Shown piece after piece: positions 61,768 through 64,000 of a DNA stretch of 64,000 bases. A model generated the notes under the pieces. It made no database searches, was not told the origin of the DNA, and worked only from the letters and a program-made list of their open reading frames with translations. The position numbers and the translations under genes were made by a program. The stretch is from Balanoglossus misakiensis (taxonomy: Eukaryota > Animalia > Hemichordata), in NCBI GenBank assembly GCA_040954595.2, contig CM082577.2, positions 5,444,301 through 5,508,300 of the forward strand. Reading direction: 5' to 3'. The first letter of the stretch is position 1. Each line of letters starts with the position of its first letter.

Positions 61768-64000
61768 TCATGTACAGTTAATAACGTTGGTTGGTAGGGT
61801 GTGACTGACATCAATTTGCATGTAAATACTGCCATCACCTGCGTATTGTTCACCAATCAGTTTCTCTGTCATCATAAACTTCAATCTGCCTCTCTTCTGG
61901 TTTTCATTGCATCCGTTATCCAGCGATCTCGATACCTCGCTGCAGACAATGCTGGTGGTGAAATCCTGCCTGCTCAACCCCTGATTACCTTGTTCGTACA
62001 CGGTCACTTTGCACACTGCGTTAAAGGGAAACTTCAGCTTGTCGTCGTACACACCCTTTTTCAAGATCACAAACAGAGAGGTGTAAGTCTCCTCCCTTCC
62101 GTTGTATGCGTTGAACTCAATCTGTATACGCAGTTTGTATCCCGGGCAACCAGTGTAGAAAGACGGGCTGGTGAGACGACAGCGTCCATCTTTGTCGGCC
62201 AAGTTGATTTTCCACAGCAGCTTCCCGTTGAAACTGGTATTTTCGAGGACACTGATTTTTTCGGCTTGCAGACTAATCAGTGAATCTCTGTCTTTGAGTT
62301 GTCTGCAAAAAATAACATTAAAGGTATTGCATTGAATTTGCATGAACAGTTACAATTATTTTTGTAAAATAACTGTTTTGTATGTCAAGGCCATATCGTC
62401 TTATGTGTACTTACTGCGTTAACATTTTGTGTTCTGTCGACAAGATCTGATATTTGTCTCTGGTCTCCCTGATTTCGGACTCTGCCGTTTTCAGTTGCAT
62501 CTGTTGTTGGATGACGATGGAGGACAGTAACGACAGGTGATGGCTGGCGGCTTCTTGACAGTGCATATTCATCTCACATCTCTTCACCTGACAAAAAAAT
62601 AATTCTTTCGATGTCACAGTTTTATACGAACAACAAAATCTTGCAAAGTTATAGTGTGTTAAATTAAATTACAGCTGTCATCCATAAAGCAATGTTGAGA
62701 AAATAATCACATTTGTGTGCCCTGGTACATGTACATGTGTATGCACTTTCATCTTATTACTGAACAATATATAAAATGCACTCTTTCTGCTGATTATCAA
62801 ATTTCATACGAATGTACTAATACAAGGGTGCTAATTGATATACACAATACCTGCAACTGACATCCAATGTGTTGAAATGAACAGGGAATCACAGTGCGTG
62901 GGCAGTCTCCGTCAATTACGTCAACATGTTTTGCTATCTGTGAATGCATAAACAAGAGCGCATAAATTGAAGCAGTAGAAGATATAAATGTGTATTGTCT
63001 TTCCTGTAATAAAAATCTGCATTTACTCTGATTTGGCTAGCGCCTGAATAGAAGGACAATATCAAATATCAAATTTCTACAAAACATTATAGACGTAATC
63101 TTTAAATTATAACAAATACCCAAATTAATATATAATGTAGACACTAAAAATACCACATCCAAATGAAAAATGCATTAAATGATTAATATCAGAGACTTAC
63201 ATCCTCTCTGAGAACTCCCTGTTGTCCACACTGTGCACAACTAACAGGAAACTTTGGACAAACCAGTAATTCATGCCTCTGGCGAACATGGAAAAACAAA
63301 AGAAGCAATTAACGAAATCATAGAGGGCCAGGCATACAACAGAAATCAATCAGGTAGCAACAAATTAATTAATAGTGCAATGGTCTGTAGTCTGCATTTG
63401 TTTGAAGTGGCAATATTGTCACCTGATTACTTTGAGACCCAACTTCAAACAATTAGGCAGATCAACGTTGGTGAAACAAAACACGTCTCATCATTAGCTG
63501 TATTGTGCATCTACCATGGATATTGAAAACTATACTCACAGTCAGATCGCTGCATATCATTTTGTCAGTGCAATATTTGCAATTCACAAGTCGCCTTGGA
63601 CATTCCCTCAGATGGTGCTCTCTCTCTCTCCTCAGGAACCTCTCTCCACAGATGTTTGGACAGCTTAACAGCTCATACGGGCAGACAGGGCTATGTTCCT
63701 GCATTTCAAACAATAATGTCAAATTCACGAAGACTTTGAGTCAACATATATTCTCTTTAGTAATCTGGGATGTTGACAAATGTTTTTTTTTAAGAAAATA
63801 AAGTTTATTGATCAATGAAAAAAGTGCTCCACCATAAATGAACATATGCAAATAGGAGGTGATTGTATCCCTTTAATTCTCATATAAAAGCAGAGTTTTA
63901 GATGGAGATTTGAAAAGCTACATACTTGAAGTTCTCTAAGCTCTCCTTTCCAGTTGCATCCATTGGATTGATAATTGCACAACACTAGTAGGGATAACAC
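61768..64000 (-). CDS. TNF receptor-associated factor (TRAF) family protein, 5'-partial
   Basis: Exons >64000-63926 (CNYQSNGCNWKGELRELQ), 63698-63540 (H..VCPYELLSCPNICG TRAF zinc finger), 63278-63201, ~62937-62851, 62587-62415 (coiled coil), 62302-61768 (MATH/TRAF-C: NGKLLWKI, SPSFYTGCPGYKLRI, YDDKLKFPF). Specific orthologue not resolved. Confidence 0.9.

Overview
Gene-dense, intron-rich eukaryotic (animal) genomic DNA. The gene set and repeat style suggest a marine invertebrate deuterostome such as a hemichordate (inference, not provable here). In order: the 3' part of an M13 neprilysin/ECE-like peptidase (+) whose intron holds a ~4.55-kb 87-bp satellite embedded in an (ATGT)n tract; KCTD5/2/17 (-) head-to-head with ATP synthase subunit d (ATP5PD, +); TMF1 (-); an intron-containing tRNA-Ile(TAT); TOP3A (-) head-to-head with UQCC4/CCSMST1 (+); histone H3.3 (-); and the 3' part of a TRAF gene (-). 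Most notable: (1) three near-identical ~133-nt intronic elements with box H/ACA snoRNA architecture, shared between ATP5PD and TMF1 and always sense to the host; (2) a 32-bp minisatellite built from a TOP3A 5' splice site; (3) a P-superfamily-like MITE with 32-bp TIRs and a 7-bp TSD; (4) a probable GC-AG intron in ATP5PD; (5) candidate alternative exons and an internal promoter in TMF1. Exon coordinates were read by hand from splice signals and reading frame and may be off by a few bases.
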